From positions 13,454,001 to 13,518,000 of the forward strand of contig OZ024745.1 of assembly GCA_964016885.1 (NCBI GenBank): a DNA stretch of 64,000 nucleotides, read 5' to 3'. The position numbers and the translations under genes are program-made. Below, in pieces: positions 25,476 to 37,810 of the stretch. Position 1 is the first letter of the stretch, and each line of letters starts with the position of its first letter. The notes under the pieces are model-generated. The model was not told where the DNA came from and made no database searches. It saw nothing but the letters and a program-made list of their open reading frames with translations. The DNA comes from Eledone cirrhosa. Taxonomy: Eukaryota.

Positions 25476-25609
25476 GTATTTCTATTTCCTGTTTTACCAT
25501 TAATGATGTCATGTAACGAACATTACAGCAATAATTCTTGTCAACAGAAGACATAACGTTCAGTTAAGACACCGTACACAGAGAACCAGATTTTATAATA
25601 CCCCTCTCT
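25476..25609 (-). other. Conserved 134-bp TATA-plus-hairpin element, copy 1
   Basis: Reverse complement of 58410-58543 with 2 mismatches; function unknown. Confidence 0.7.
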
Positions 25610-25695
25610 CTCCACCTCTCACACAGTCTCTTTCTCTCTTTCTCACTCAGTCTCTCATTTTCTCTCTCTCTACCCCCTCTCTCTCTCTCTCTACC

Positions 25696-25764
<69 letters not shown>

Positions 25765-26066
25765 GCATGTGAACATGTACAATTTTAATTGAAATTTATA
25801 ATTGTTAATTTTTCATTACCAACCCATCACATATCTAAACAACTCAACTGTAATATTATCTTTTTTTTTTAATATTTAATATTTTATATGCATTGGATGA
25901 TGTGATGATAATGATGATGATAATAATGTTTGACATATAATATTAATAACAATTAATAACCATTATAATTATAAGGACATTTTCTCGAATATTTGATTTT
26001 TTTATATACATTTATTTATTGATGTATTTGATTTTTTTACTGCATTGGATGAGATGATAATAATAA

Positions 26067-26410
26067 TTGTTTCTACTTTTGGCACAAGGCCAGCAATTAC
26101 CCAGTGCATTACTGGTACTTTATTTTATCGACCCCGTAAGGATGAAAGGCAAAGTTAACCTCGGCGGGATTTGAACTCAGAATGGCAAGGGCCGTAACTC
26201 TATACGTCAAAGCATGGCGTCCGACCCGAGATGATAATAATAATAATTGTTTGTTTCTACTTTAGACACAAGGCCAACAATTTGGGGGGAGGGGAAAGTC
26301 GATTAAATCGAACCCAGTGTACTACTGGTACTTTATTTTATCGACCCCTGTAAGGATGAAAGGGAAAGCTAACCTCGGCGGGATTTGAATTCAGAACGTA
26401 AAGGGACGTA
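26067..26410 (-). mobile_element. Two adjacent partial tRNA-derived SINEs (family 1)
   Basis: B-box GAGTTCAAATCC and core CTTT(G/C)CCTTTCATCCTTAC(G/A)GGGTCGATAAAATAAAGTACCAG on the minus strand. Confidence 0.85.
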
Positions 26411-26543
26411 TTTGTTTTATTTGCCACAAATACTTCGGATGAAAGAATAACAACAATTTCTAACATAATATTAATTATGATTTCTTTGTTGACAATGTTT
26501 GTAAAAACAAGTAAACATTGAGGACAGCAAGTGACGAGACAGA

Positions 26544-26810
<267 letters not shown>

Positions 26811-27049
26811 AGGGGTGGGAGCATGCGTGTAAAAACAAAACAACAAAGCAAAGAGAAAATTAAAATTAATTTCCCCGAAAAGATAGAGACTTCTGAGGGG
26901 GAGACGTGGATAAACCTCACCAAAAACCACGGTCACTCAAACCCCTAGAGCAAGTGTCCCCATCCTAATAGCCCCCCCCCCCCACCCCAATATACAAGTG
27001 TATACTCAGAATAGGCTCATATACTCGGATCATACTTGTCACTACCCTG

Positions 27050-27775
27050 ACTTTCAAGTGAAACTTGAAGAAGTTGATGAGGATTTGGTGAAAGAGGAAA
27101 GTGTTTTTCTTCAGCCCTTTCAGTGGCGACTATCATACGTCATCTTTCAACATGGCAACTAGAGAGATAAAACTGTCTGCCTTTCCCTCCTAAAAGGAAG
27201 ACGTTGGAGCAATCTTCAAGATAGACTCAGCTGATAGCCGGACCCATCATATATGAGACAGCAGGTGTTCGACATAAACTTACAAGTCAGCAATGCTCGA
27301 ACACTGGACAAGTGCGCGCAGGGTGGCTTTGTCACCTTGGTGATGGCATTTCCATGTCTAAAGAGTTTATATGGAACAGGCAATGCTCTCTGGTAGTACT
27401 GCCAGGCCAATAATTGCTATAAGTTATCCATGGTTCATGGATCTAAGGTCCTCTGGAAATGAGTGACTAGTTGATTTTCGTTGACGTCCGGAGTCTCCTC
27501 AAGAACATCGTCGCCTTTAACTACACCTAACCCTCTATATAACACCAAGATTGAGTTTCCACCAATCGTACTGCCTGATTAGCAGAAGACTGTGAACGCA
27601 TGAACACATTCCAGTTTCCAAGGATTCCCTCTCGGTCTTCACTCGACCCAGAACTGCAGCTCTGTCAAGGAGATGAGCTGAGTAAACATTTCAAGCCAAT
27701 GGTGACCACAGTTGCTCACCACCATGGAAAAGCGGAAAATGTCGCAGCTTCAGCGCATGTCTGTGCATCATTAAC
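27050..27775 (-). mobile_element. Old, degenerate Tx1-clade ORF2 3' fragment
   Basis: LAWQYYQRALPVPYKLFRHG resembles LAWQCYREALPVRDKLYRHG in element C. Confidence 0.75.
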
Positions 27776-27811
27776 CGATATAATATTAATTAATAATTAT
27801 AATAATTATAA

Positions 27812-28002
27812 TTGTTTCTATGTTTGGCACAAGGCCAACAATTATCCCAGTGTATGACTGGTACTTTATTTTATCGACTCCCGTAAGGATGAAAGGCAAA
27901 GTTAACCTCGGCGGGATTTCAACTCAGACCATAAAGGGCCGTAACTCTTTGCTGCAAAGCATGGTGTCTGACCCTCTACCGATACTGCCAATACACCGCC
28001 CT
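27812..28002 (-). mobile_element. tRNA-derived SINE (family 1), near full-length
   Basis: Head AGGGCGGTGTATTGGCAGTATCGG, B-box, shared core. Confidence 0.85.
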
Positions 28003-28016
28003 TATTATAGTAATTA

Positions 28017-28186
28017 CTAGCAGAATGGCCTGGCGTTGCTCGGGATTTGCTCTAGGGTTCTTATATATTTGATATATATTTATCCTTATCGAGCCCCGTG
28101 AAATAAATACGTTTGTTTATATTTTGTTATTGTGTATGCAAAAATATCTGTACACGAATATATAATTATATATATATATATGTATA

Positions 28187-28222
<36 letters not shown>

Positions 28223-28459
28223 TGTAACGTTTTTCGAAATATTTGCGTTCACAGATTGATTTTTTTAGTTTCAGAAGATTCCGTTAAGGGTGAAAGCAGC
28301 AATTCATAGCTAAACTTTAATCTGTTATTTATATATATATATATATATATATATTAAAATAACAGATTAAAGATATTTGCTCTACGGTTCTTATATATTT
28401 GATATATATTTATCCTTATCGAGCCCTCTTTGGATTTTAGTCTTCAAATTTATTATTAT

Positions 28460-28538
<79 letters not shown>

Positions 28539-28996
28539 TAACAGATTAAAGTTTAACAGATTAAAGTTTCGCTGCTTTCACCCTTAACGGAATCTTCTGA
28601 AACTAAAAATATCAATCTGTGAACGCAAATATTTCGAAAAACGTTACACACTATATATATATATATACACTATATATATATACATATATACACACACACA
28701 CAGCGTCATGATGTCGTAATGCAGACAGCCAGACATACAGACAGATATTATAAGGGCGCAACGTTATATCTATGCATCTATCTAAAAAGAAAGACTAAGA
28801 ATTATAGAGTGAGATCGCTTTTTCGCCTAATGCGGTCCCTACGGCATTGAAAATTTGAAATACTTTTTGCTCAAAACACTCACACGACCATAAGTATTAC
28901 ATGTGTAAAGTTTGAAAACAATCGGTTGGGTGGTTCTCGAGTTTTAGGGAGTCAGACAGACAAACAGACAGACATTCTCTGTTTTAGATATATAGA
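28017..28996 (-). mobile_element. Non-autonomous Helitron 1
   Basis: Minus strand begins TC-TATATA with a (CTGT)n tract and ends with an imperfect GC hairpin (28029-28044) then CTAG followed by T. Confidence 0.72.
28180..28690. repeat. Nested inverted repeats carrying a degenerate hammerhead (about 28267-28316, +)
   Basis: 28217-28300 is the reverse complement of 28571-28653; AGTTT-CAGAAGA-TTCCGTTAAGGGT-GAAAGC...GCT-AAACT. Confidence 0.7.
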
Positions 28997-29925
28997 CTAG
29001 CAGAAAACCACCCGGTGGGCGGTTTTCTGCTAGCAAATCTAGTGTATATACTGATATTGTTGAGATTTGGATGAGAAATGTTTTCGGCACCACATGTTCA
29101 CCGTCTCTCGGTGTGTCTTTTATGCATGTATAAATATATATGTTATCTATACGGTGAAATCTTTGAAATAAATATATGTTAAAACGAAAAAGGAGAAAAT
29201 AAATAACTGGCGGTTAGAAAAAAATATTCCTATGAAATTTTAATCATACCATTAGGTGTGAATAAGGAAATATTTTTTTATTGTCAAAACAAATGTTCAA
29301 AATTTTTTGAATTATTTCCAATTTTTTCATGAAATTGAACACTGGACATTGGCTGCTGGAAATGGAAATTAAATCGTATTTAATTGTATTTAAATTTCTA
29401 ACCTTATTTCATTATTTATATTTTTTCAATAAGAAATAAAAAAAAACAACAAAAATTGAAGAAAAAAATTGAACAAATCAAACGTAGGTTATGGAACTGC
29501 GCAATCTGATTAATAAATTACCTCATCAGCAGCAAATTTCTTTAAATGGTCCTTATTATCAGCAGCAACAACCACAAATTCAATGGCAACCTTCTTCAAA
29601 CCACAAATTCAATGGCAACCTTCTTCGCATGGTGTCAAGTCAGAACCGCCTCGAACTGGTTACTTCTGGCTTGTGCAAGGTGTCTCTATAGCAACCAGCG
29701 ATTCCCTCGGCCTCAGTGACCAAAGTCAGTGGAGAGGGGAAGTAATATTTCTGTAGCACGTGTTTTAGCGTCTATTCACTCTCTCTCTCTCTCCCTCTCT
29801 CCCTCCCGCTATCCCCCTCTCGTAGTCTGTCTCTTTCTTTCACTCTCACTCTCTCTCTACGCACGTGTTTCCACTGTCGGACAGACAGACAGACAGAGAA
29901 ATTGCTGGTTATATATATAAGTAGA
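28997..29925 (-). mobile_element. Non-autonomous Helitron 2, head-to-tail with Helitron 1
   Basis: A|TC start at 29925, (CTGT)n tract, terminal hairpin and CTAG at 28997-29000. Confidence 0.72.
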
Positions 29926-30847
29926 TAATAATTATAATTTTGACTAATGGTTAAAATTAATTAATAAATGAGAGAAATAAAAGGTTTATAAAAAATATAA
30001 AACAGATTCCCATAAATTCACTTAACAGATTCTTTGCCTTTGATTTCTCACTTGTTATGGTATTATTGTTTTTAACCCCAGGTCAACTCTGATCAAGTAA
30101 GCCTGTCATCAGAATTCGTCCAACCGTGGTTAAGCCATTTTTTGGAAATCTCTTAAGATTACGTTATCAAATGCATCATTCCCTTATAAGGAGAGCGGTG
30201 TGTAATTTAAGAGATATTTGGCAGTTCTAGCAGATTTTATAGACCACACAGAGAGACTCTGTGTAATGTATACTGATGTTGTTATCTCAAAACATTCTCT
30301 TCAATACTAACTAGATCACCTACGAGATTGCATGTTATACAATGTAATAATGTCTTCCTTCTTTCCTTATTCCATTTGATATTTCATACCTAATTTGTGG
30401 AAACATATACATTGAAGTTTTGTTGTTTCTCAATTGATATCTAATCTCGTTTGTTATATGTTTGTAATAACTCCTCTTTGTACCGGTATTGTACACTGAT
30501 TACTCAAAGGACGATTCTGCAGAAAACCTAGAAGGTTCTTTGTGAAGAATATAAAACAAAAACAACAAAAAACAAAACCAAAGAATTGCTAAGGAAGCTA
30601 TTAGAAACGTTATATCTGTATTGATGAATGTCAATTAACCTGAGGTCAATATTTGCATTGGTAAAACTGTTTTGTAAAGAATCAGTAGATCCAGAGAATT
30701 AGGAGGATGAGAGGGCCAGAATCTGGATTCTGACAACAGATAACAAAATATTTGTTGTTTTTGTTTAACCACGAATAAGACCTGACCTAGAAGACCTTTC
30801 ATCAAAAACATGGCAGCCATGTTTTCAGACAATAATGAATATAGGAT

Positions 30848-31186
30848 TACGAGGGCTGGATGAAAATTTCATAGGCGGACCAAGATACTCTCATGGAATG
30901 ACCAATTGAGGTTTATTTTTCAACATAGTCTCTGGAAAGAAACAATGCAGTTATTAATAAGAAGAGTTGAAATTAATGCATACAAGATTTCACAGCTCTA
31001 GCACCACTCCTTCATAGGCTAAAAATGTCATAGACGGACTAAGATACTCTCATGGAATGACTAATTGGGGTTTATTTTTCAAAATAGGCATTGGAAAGAA
31101 ACAATGTAGTTATTAATAAGGAGATTTCACGGCCTTAGCATCACTCCTTTATAGTTAGTCAATGAACTTTTCAGCCGACCCTCGCA
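30848..31186. mobile_element. Tc1/mariner-type MITE or internally deleted element
   Basis: Imperfect TIRs TACGAGGGCTGGATGAAAATTTCAT / ATGAACTTTTCAGCCGACCCTCGCA; internal direct duplication. Confidence 0.72.
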
Positions 31187-31404
31187 TATTATCTAGTATA
31201 ACCTTCCTTTTTAGAGACATTTAGTGTGATTTAGTTGCTATCTCTTGCAATTTAAGTGACTCCGTACAGGATTTCTTATAGTATAGACAGAATATAGTGC
31301 TGCTGCTACTGTTGTTTTTGTTCTTTAATCTAGGTTCGTCTTGATTTAGCAGAACAATAATCAAAGATTTTATAGCAGTGGCCTTCCTTCAAACTTTCTA
31401 TCTA

Positions 31405-31650
31405 TTTAGGGCGGGTAAAATTCCCGAGATCCATGGACGAGTTCTCTCCAGCGGTCTCTGTCCCTCATTATCGCTGCGATGTTCTGTGCTTCCAACAGAC
31501 CAGTGTCTGTCCTTAGGGCATCAACATATGTTAACCTCGGTCTTCCTCTTCCAGTGTGTCCATACAGGGGCTTCCACAGGAGCACTGAGTGCAGTGTCAA
31601 CTCTGGATGTCGGTGAGCATGTCCAGCTAACCACAGTCTCCTCTGTGTCA
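31405..31650 (-). mobile_element. RTE-like LINE 3' fragment
   Basis: RRLWLAGHAHRHPE..LLWKP..GRGRPRLTYVD..MRDRDRWR. Confidence 0.8.
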
Positions 31651-31664
31651 CTTTATATAAGAAT

Positions 31665-31678
31665 ATGTGTTTGTGCAC

Positions 31679-31748
<70 letters not shown>

Positions 31749-31875
31749 TATGTGTGTTTGTGTGTGTTTGTGTGCGTATGTGTGTTTGTGTGCGTATGTG
31801 TGTTTGTGTGCGTGTTTGTTTGTGTGGGTGTGTTTGTGTGCGTATGTGTGTATGGGTGTGTGTTTGTGTGTGTGA
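31665..31875. repeat. (TG)n and degenerate TG-rich simple repeat
   Basis: Direct inspection. Confidence 0.95.
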
Positions 31876-31954
31876 GTTCGAGTACGTCAAATCGGACCAA
31901 GTAAACAATGTTTCCATTGAACTTTCCGTTACTGATATTATATACCGGTCGCAG

Positions 31955-32063
31955 AAAGAGAAAAGTGAATTAAAGTGTCTGGCTCAAAGACATAACGCAT
32001 CGCCCGGTCTGTTAATCGAACTCACAACCTCACGATTCTCAAGCCAATTGTCTAACCACTAAG
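31955..32063 (-). mobile_element. CORE/MIR-like tRNA SINE fragment (family 2)
   Basis: AAGTGTCTGGCTCAAAG...GAACTCACAACC...CTAACCAC; matches 59760-59876. Confidence 0.65.
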
Positions 32064-32079
32064 TTATTGTGTCTGTTCA

Positions 32080-32535
32080 ATAGACGATGGGACAGTAAGG
32101 TGCTCTGTAAAGACGGTGGGACAGTAAGGTGCTCTGTAAAGACGATGGGACAGTAAGGTGCTCTGTAAAGACGATGGGACAGTAAGGTGTTCAATTGACG
32201 ATGGGACAGTAAGGTGTTCAATTGACGATGGGGCAGTAAGGTGTTCAATTGACGATGGGGCAGTAAGGTGTTCAATAGACAATGGGACAGTAAGGTGTTC
32301 AATAGACGATGGGGCAGTAAGGTGTTCAATTGACGATGGGACAGTAAGGTGTTCAATTGACGATGGGACAGTAAGGTGTTCAATTGACGATGGGACAGTA
32401 AGGTGTTCAATTGACGATGGGGCAGTAAGGTGTTCAAAAGACAATGGGACAGTAAGGTGTTCTGTAAAGACGGTGGGACAGTAAGGTGTTCAATAGACAA
32501 TGGGACAGTAAGATATTTAATAGACGATGGGACAT
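32080..32535. repeat. 27-bp minisatellite GACGATGGGACAGTAAGGTGTTCAAT(A/T)
   Basis: About 16 tandem units, some 28-bp variants. Confidence 0.95.
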
Positions 32536-33299
32536 ACCTTTGATGACATGTTGATGAGAGATGAAGATCTGAGCAAGAGGGTTCGAATGTGTGAGAAATC
32601 GATAGAAATCCAAGAAGACAACAGTAAACCACATTTCAAACCCACCGAGATCTGATAGTGGGTACATCCATGACGGAACATTATTAAAGGAAAGTTGGAT
32701 TAAACTGGTAGAAATACTGAAAGTTGGGCTAAACTGGTAGAAATACAAGCAATTCGGCTAAACTGATATAAATACTAAAAAATGGGATGAGATGACATAA
32801 ATACTAAAGGTTGGGTTCAATTGGTGTAAATACTGAAAGGTATGATAACCTAATGAATCCTTGAAACAGAAATATGTGAATCATAGAGAAACGGAAGAAA
32901 AACCACTTACAATGGATTGAAGGAGAGATAACATTAATACATGATTAGTGAGAAGATGAGATATTATAGAAAGGATGATATAAAAAGAATGTAGGGTGAT
33001 AATATGAAGGAAAAAAGAATAGCTAGGTTTGGAGGTACCAGAACACCGCAGACATTAAAACACAAAAAATATAGACAATTCCAATCTAGAGTTCAGTATG
33101 ATATAAAAAAGAAAAGTGATTACTTTTCTTATTAAAAAAGGCAAGAAATTAATTTTCTTATTAATAAGAAATACATGTTATTAACATTGATAGGGAAGTT
33201 AAAGTAGAGATCACATTGATATTGAATTACTTTTTGAATGACGGGAGAAACAGAGGCTTCGAGCATATCTAACTCAAAGACTCTCATTCTAATGACACT

Positions 33300-34430
33300 A
33301 AATAAATATTTTCCCTCTAGTGTTCTCTGAGCTACTGCAGCCATCAGCATCTGCCCCCCATATCGAGGACATGTATATCACTTCAACTCTCTCTCAAGTT
33401 ATCGTCCTCAGTGCCTTTAATGTTCTCAGTTCCTCGCGTCACATACTCACCCCATACAGATGCCATTGGCGTAGAAAGCAAATCTTTCACAATCCACAAC
33501 ACTCCACGTTAATTGTATTCATCCCAGACCGTTTCCCAAACACTGCAAATGCTCTTGATCTCTTTCTCGCCGCGAAGCCCAAGCTCTAACGGATCATAAC
33601 TGACTCTGCATCTATCGGATCGTCTGACCACTGCTTTATCGCCACTACCCACCTCATATCCATATATTATGTAACGTTACCCATCTCATACACCCCATGG
33701 TTCTTCAATTCATCCGATTAAGCTGTATCTTCGTCAATTAGTCAGCAGTACATCACCCCTGAGTCATCAGAAACTATTAGAGGGGTAACTGAAACAGTTA
33801 TTTTAGGCGTCTCTCCATAAATTTTCATACAATCTAAACCTAAGTAATAATTCCCTTATATGTGCGCTGCAGCAATTCAAGCAAAAACTCGGTCCTCAAT
33901 ACTTGGAAACGTCACATCTGCAAGGTGGATGGTTTATACTTAGCACCACATCTCAAGAAAAACTATCAACCACAACACATATGTTTCCGTGAATTGTACA
34001 GCCCATATACCCTCCCACCATCCCACCAACAGCAGTCAATCCTTGTAGAGTCCTTTAATATAAGCAAAACTTCTGTGGAGACAACCTCTACATTTGGCGA
34101 CTACTTTGCATCCAAATCCACATTGCACACACTCGGAAAACACACTTGTCTGGAAAACTGTCCATTTCTACTCCACTAGGTTTAGCGCCACGCACACATA
34201 CACACAAAGTGGGGGAGTGCCCCTGGTCGCTTCAAACCAACAAAACCATGGGCTCAGACAATATCTCTTCCACTACTCTCAAACAATGCGTTCCAGAATT
34301 AACGTCTGTTCTCATTACAATAATAGCCCGCCCCACCTATCTCTCCTCACGGAATATACCCCGGTATTTGGAAACATGCTACATTTAAAAATAGGACAAC
34401 TTTTCTAACCCTGCTAACTATCGTCCTAAC
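33300..34430 (+). mobile_element. Highly degenerate CR1/Jockey-group LINE (APE and start of RT)
   Basis: FIPDRFPNTANALDLFL, IGSSDHC and SNPANYRP remnants. Confidence 0.55.
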
Positions 34431-34721
34431 GTAAAACACTTCCAGCTTCTGACAGATGATAGAAACCCTTATTTTTAGCATTTGAATCTCTTTTCCTCCT
34501 TAATAAACACAACAGATACGACTTTCGTGAAACCTGATGTAATGAAGATCTACACTGGTTCACCAGTGGATACTCTCTGTGGAGAAATATTCTGAAAACA
34601 GTGTCAAGTGTACTTAACAACATGAAAGCTCTACTGAGATACATATACACCGCGTTCTTACAGGGATGTAGAGGTAACTGGGATCGTAGCGAGACAATTT
34701 TTATCAGACAGAAATAAAAAC

Positions 34722-34880
34722 AGTGGTGAAGTGGCAGAATCGTTCGAGCGTCGAACAAAATGCTGTGCAGTATTTGTTCCGGCGCTTTACGTTCTGAGTT
34801 CAAATCCTACTGAGGTAAACTTTACATTTCATCCATTCGAAGTCGGTAAATTAAAGAACTGGGTCCAATTCGATCGACTT
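34722..34880 (+). mobile_element. tRNA-derived SINE (family 1), diverged
   Basis: TGGCAGAATCGTT A-box, GAGTTCAAATCC B-box, core. Confidence 0.75.
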
Positions 34881-35245
34881 TCACCTTTCTTTAGATGACT
34901 GGGTTTATTCCTAAATACTATATTTTCTATTATACTGTATATTTTTACATATTGTATGCAGGGTCATATACACTATAGCAGTGGGGGTATATATGCCAAA
35001 TATCTAGTCCAGACAGATAACGTTGTGGGATCGGAGTTTAGAGCTGGGATCTACACGTCCCCGTGGTTCTGGATGATTAAGGTTAAGGGATCATAACGTC
35101 TGACTGAACACTAAACAACAACAACAACAACAACAACAACAGTGGAGTATACATGACACATACTTCATTTCACCAGATGGAAAATCACAAGACTCACAAT
35201 GGAGAACTAATTTAATTTATTCAATGTTAAGTTTAAGGATGATAT

Positions 35246-35321
35246 AATTATTTCATAAATTAACATTAATATTTCTCTGATTATAATCAGAGAAATATTA
35301 ATGTTAATTTATGAAATAATT
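35246..35321. repeat. Perfect 76-bp AT-rich palindrome with no spacer
   Basis: 38-bp arms centred on TTA|TAA at 35283/35284. Confidence 0.92.
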
Positions 35322-35501
35322 GTAAAAGGAAATATATTAAGTGAATCTAGGTTATTTCTTTGATATAAAAATCGAGAAATTTCTTTATCTAGAAATTTTG
35401 GTTAAGAATCATTTCAAGTGGTTTGACCAAAGAGAAACTGATTGTGTTAATAATTGAGTTGATAATTAATATCTGCTCCTACACATCACTTCTTCTTCTT
35501 C

Positions 35502-35554
<53 letters not shown>

Positions 35555-35767
35555 TTTATTGGCGACCTACGTAGTAAATCGTATCATCGTGAGCTCCGCA
35601 AAGGTTTGTTATTTCCGTTTGTTAAAAATTGTCATTTATGGAAAATTTTATTGTTAACTGTTTATAAGCGCACATACATTGTTTTCCGAAAAGGACACCC
35701 AAAAAGATTGGGGCCTTGTGCCCAAAATTTAAACTTTTATTATTATCAAAAAAATTTCTTTGAAAAA

Positions 35768-37776
35768 ATGGCTAATTCAACTCTGCACGAAGCAGCTGAA
35801 AGCCTTCCTCACAAATTAACACCTCACACCGACACCACCATTGTAAATGTTACTACGTTTGCCAACACAAAAAAAAATATAAGCACTAGCAATATTTTAA
35901 ATTTGTCTCAGGCAGACATTCATTTCCCGCCATTACCAATGACTGCAGGTGTTAAAGCCTCCACCACCACCACCACCACTGCGACAACCACCACCATCAC
36001 CACCACCGCGACAACAGAAACAAAAGAAGAAAAAAATAAATTAACTCGTGATGTCGAAATGAAATCAAGCAAAATGGACTCTTCCCCACCAAAGACGACT
36101 GACGTCACCACCACCACAACTGAAACTAAAATTAATATTAACGATAGCAACAACAACAACAATGACATTATAAAAACCCCCCTCAGTTTCGCCAGAGTAG
36201 CAAAACAGTTCGAAGCATTTACGGTAACTCAGGAGGATTTAGAAAATGCCAAACAAATGGTAAAGAAAGATGGGTACAGGGTCAGCCTCACCCCCCCCCC
36301 CCCCCACACACACACACACCTAATAAAATGGAGCATCGGCGCCTATGCACCGTGTCGTATAGAACAATAAATACAAAATCGCGCCGAGTGGAACGGGCAT
36401 CCGAGTCCCAAATCCAAAAAGCTTTGGGACATGTGTGGGCAAGAAAAACCCACATCAGACGTGGGCAAAAGTATGGAACCGTGGACGTGTTCTTTGAAAC
36501 ACCAGAGGAGGCTAGAGAACACTCCATGGCCCCATTAAGAAGTGACGACTTCACACTCGTCCGAAGCTATTGTGGCCAGAGACTCGTAAAGATCAGGGTG
36601 ACCCACGTTCCACCGGCCATCGAAATTCCCTGGCTAATAGCGGCTGTCCTCGCCGGCATCGAAGCCAACACGAAAATAATAGCAATAGCAAAAGAAAAGC
36701 AGGAGAACTGGTCCGGATCTGGGATGGAGCTCCTGATCCAAGCGGACCAAAAAAGCATTGAGGAGATCCCAGAGGTAATAGACCTCACTGACGGCAGCCA
36801 CCTCACGGTAATTGTCGAGGGCAGAAGACCTAGGTGTGTCGTTTGTGGTGAAGGAACCCACCTAAGGGCTTTCTGCCCTCAGGCTAAAAGGTTGAGGCCA
36901 CCTCTCCTACCCACCCCAGTGACACAACCATCAACACCACCAGTAGCAGAGATGGCAGCAACAACTGTAGTAGCAACAACAGAAGCAACTATAACAGCAA
37001 CAACCCCAGCAACAGTAGAAAAACCAACACCACCACCACCACCAGCAAAACCAACACCACCACCACCCAACGCTCCAGAACTAGCACCAGCGCCTACACC
37101 ATCCACCACGCCACAACCAAAACTAACGGCTGTGGAGGATTTTCCACTCCCCGGCCTATCACAACTGGAGACAGATTGTGACGACGAGGAGTGGGAAACG
37201 ATATCCGGAAAAAAAAAAAGAAACCAAAAAAGAAAAAATTCTCTTCCTTCCCCCTCCAAAAACAAAATACAGAGGGAAACAAATAAATTAAGAAACAAAA
37301 ACGTTAGGACAGATATGCCACCATCCACACCAGCATCACCAACCCCATCAACCCAAACACCAACACCATCACCATCATTAACCCCAACACCACCATCACC
37401 TACACCACAAAAGTCACCAAAATGCGAAACAGAAACAAACCCACAACAAACGCAAACAAAACAAAACAACCAAAACGATACACACTACACAGCATTAAAT
37501 TTGAACAACAAGCAATTATTACACTACATCCAACACAACACCAGCATCACAGAAAAAGACTACACAACAACCCCAAAATTCACACCACCTCCACACATAC
37601 AAATCACTCGCATCACACAGAAAACGTACATGACACTAAAACAAAAATTCCCCAAAGACATCGGAGACTTCCGACAAGCACTCTCCAGGAGGATTTATAA
37701 GGACATCCTTCCTGAGGAGGCCACAAGCAGTGAAAAGGATGGAAAAACCGTCCTTCCCCTACGAGAAGTAAGGTAA
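35768..37776 (+). pseudogene. Tx1 element C ORF1, single frameshift at a poly-C/(CA)n tract near 36290-36320
   Basis: MANSTL.. frame joins the 482-aa frame containing CVVCGEGTHLRAFC. Confidence 0.82.
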
Positions 37777-37810
37777 GTGGTCTTTCCCATCTTTTCCACT
37801 CCTTTTCAAC

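Noticed and set aside
25570-25590. ACAGAGAA resembling the U6 snRNA box
   Set aside because: No other U6 sequence around it.
32064-32632. Repetitive ORFs (IEHLTVPSS)n or CRISPR-like array
   Set aside because: 27-bp minisatellite with no spacers and no coding evidence.
35423-35767. N-terminal extension of ORF1 with poly-Ile
   Set aside because: Read-through of (TTA)n and the 5' UTR; the likely start is ATG 35768.
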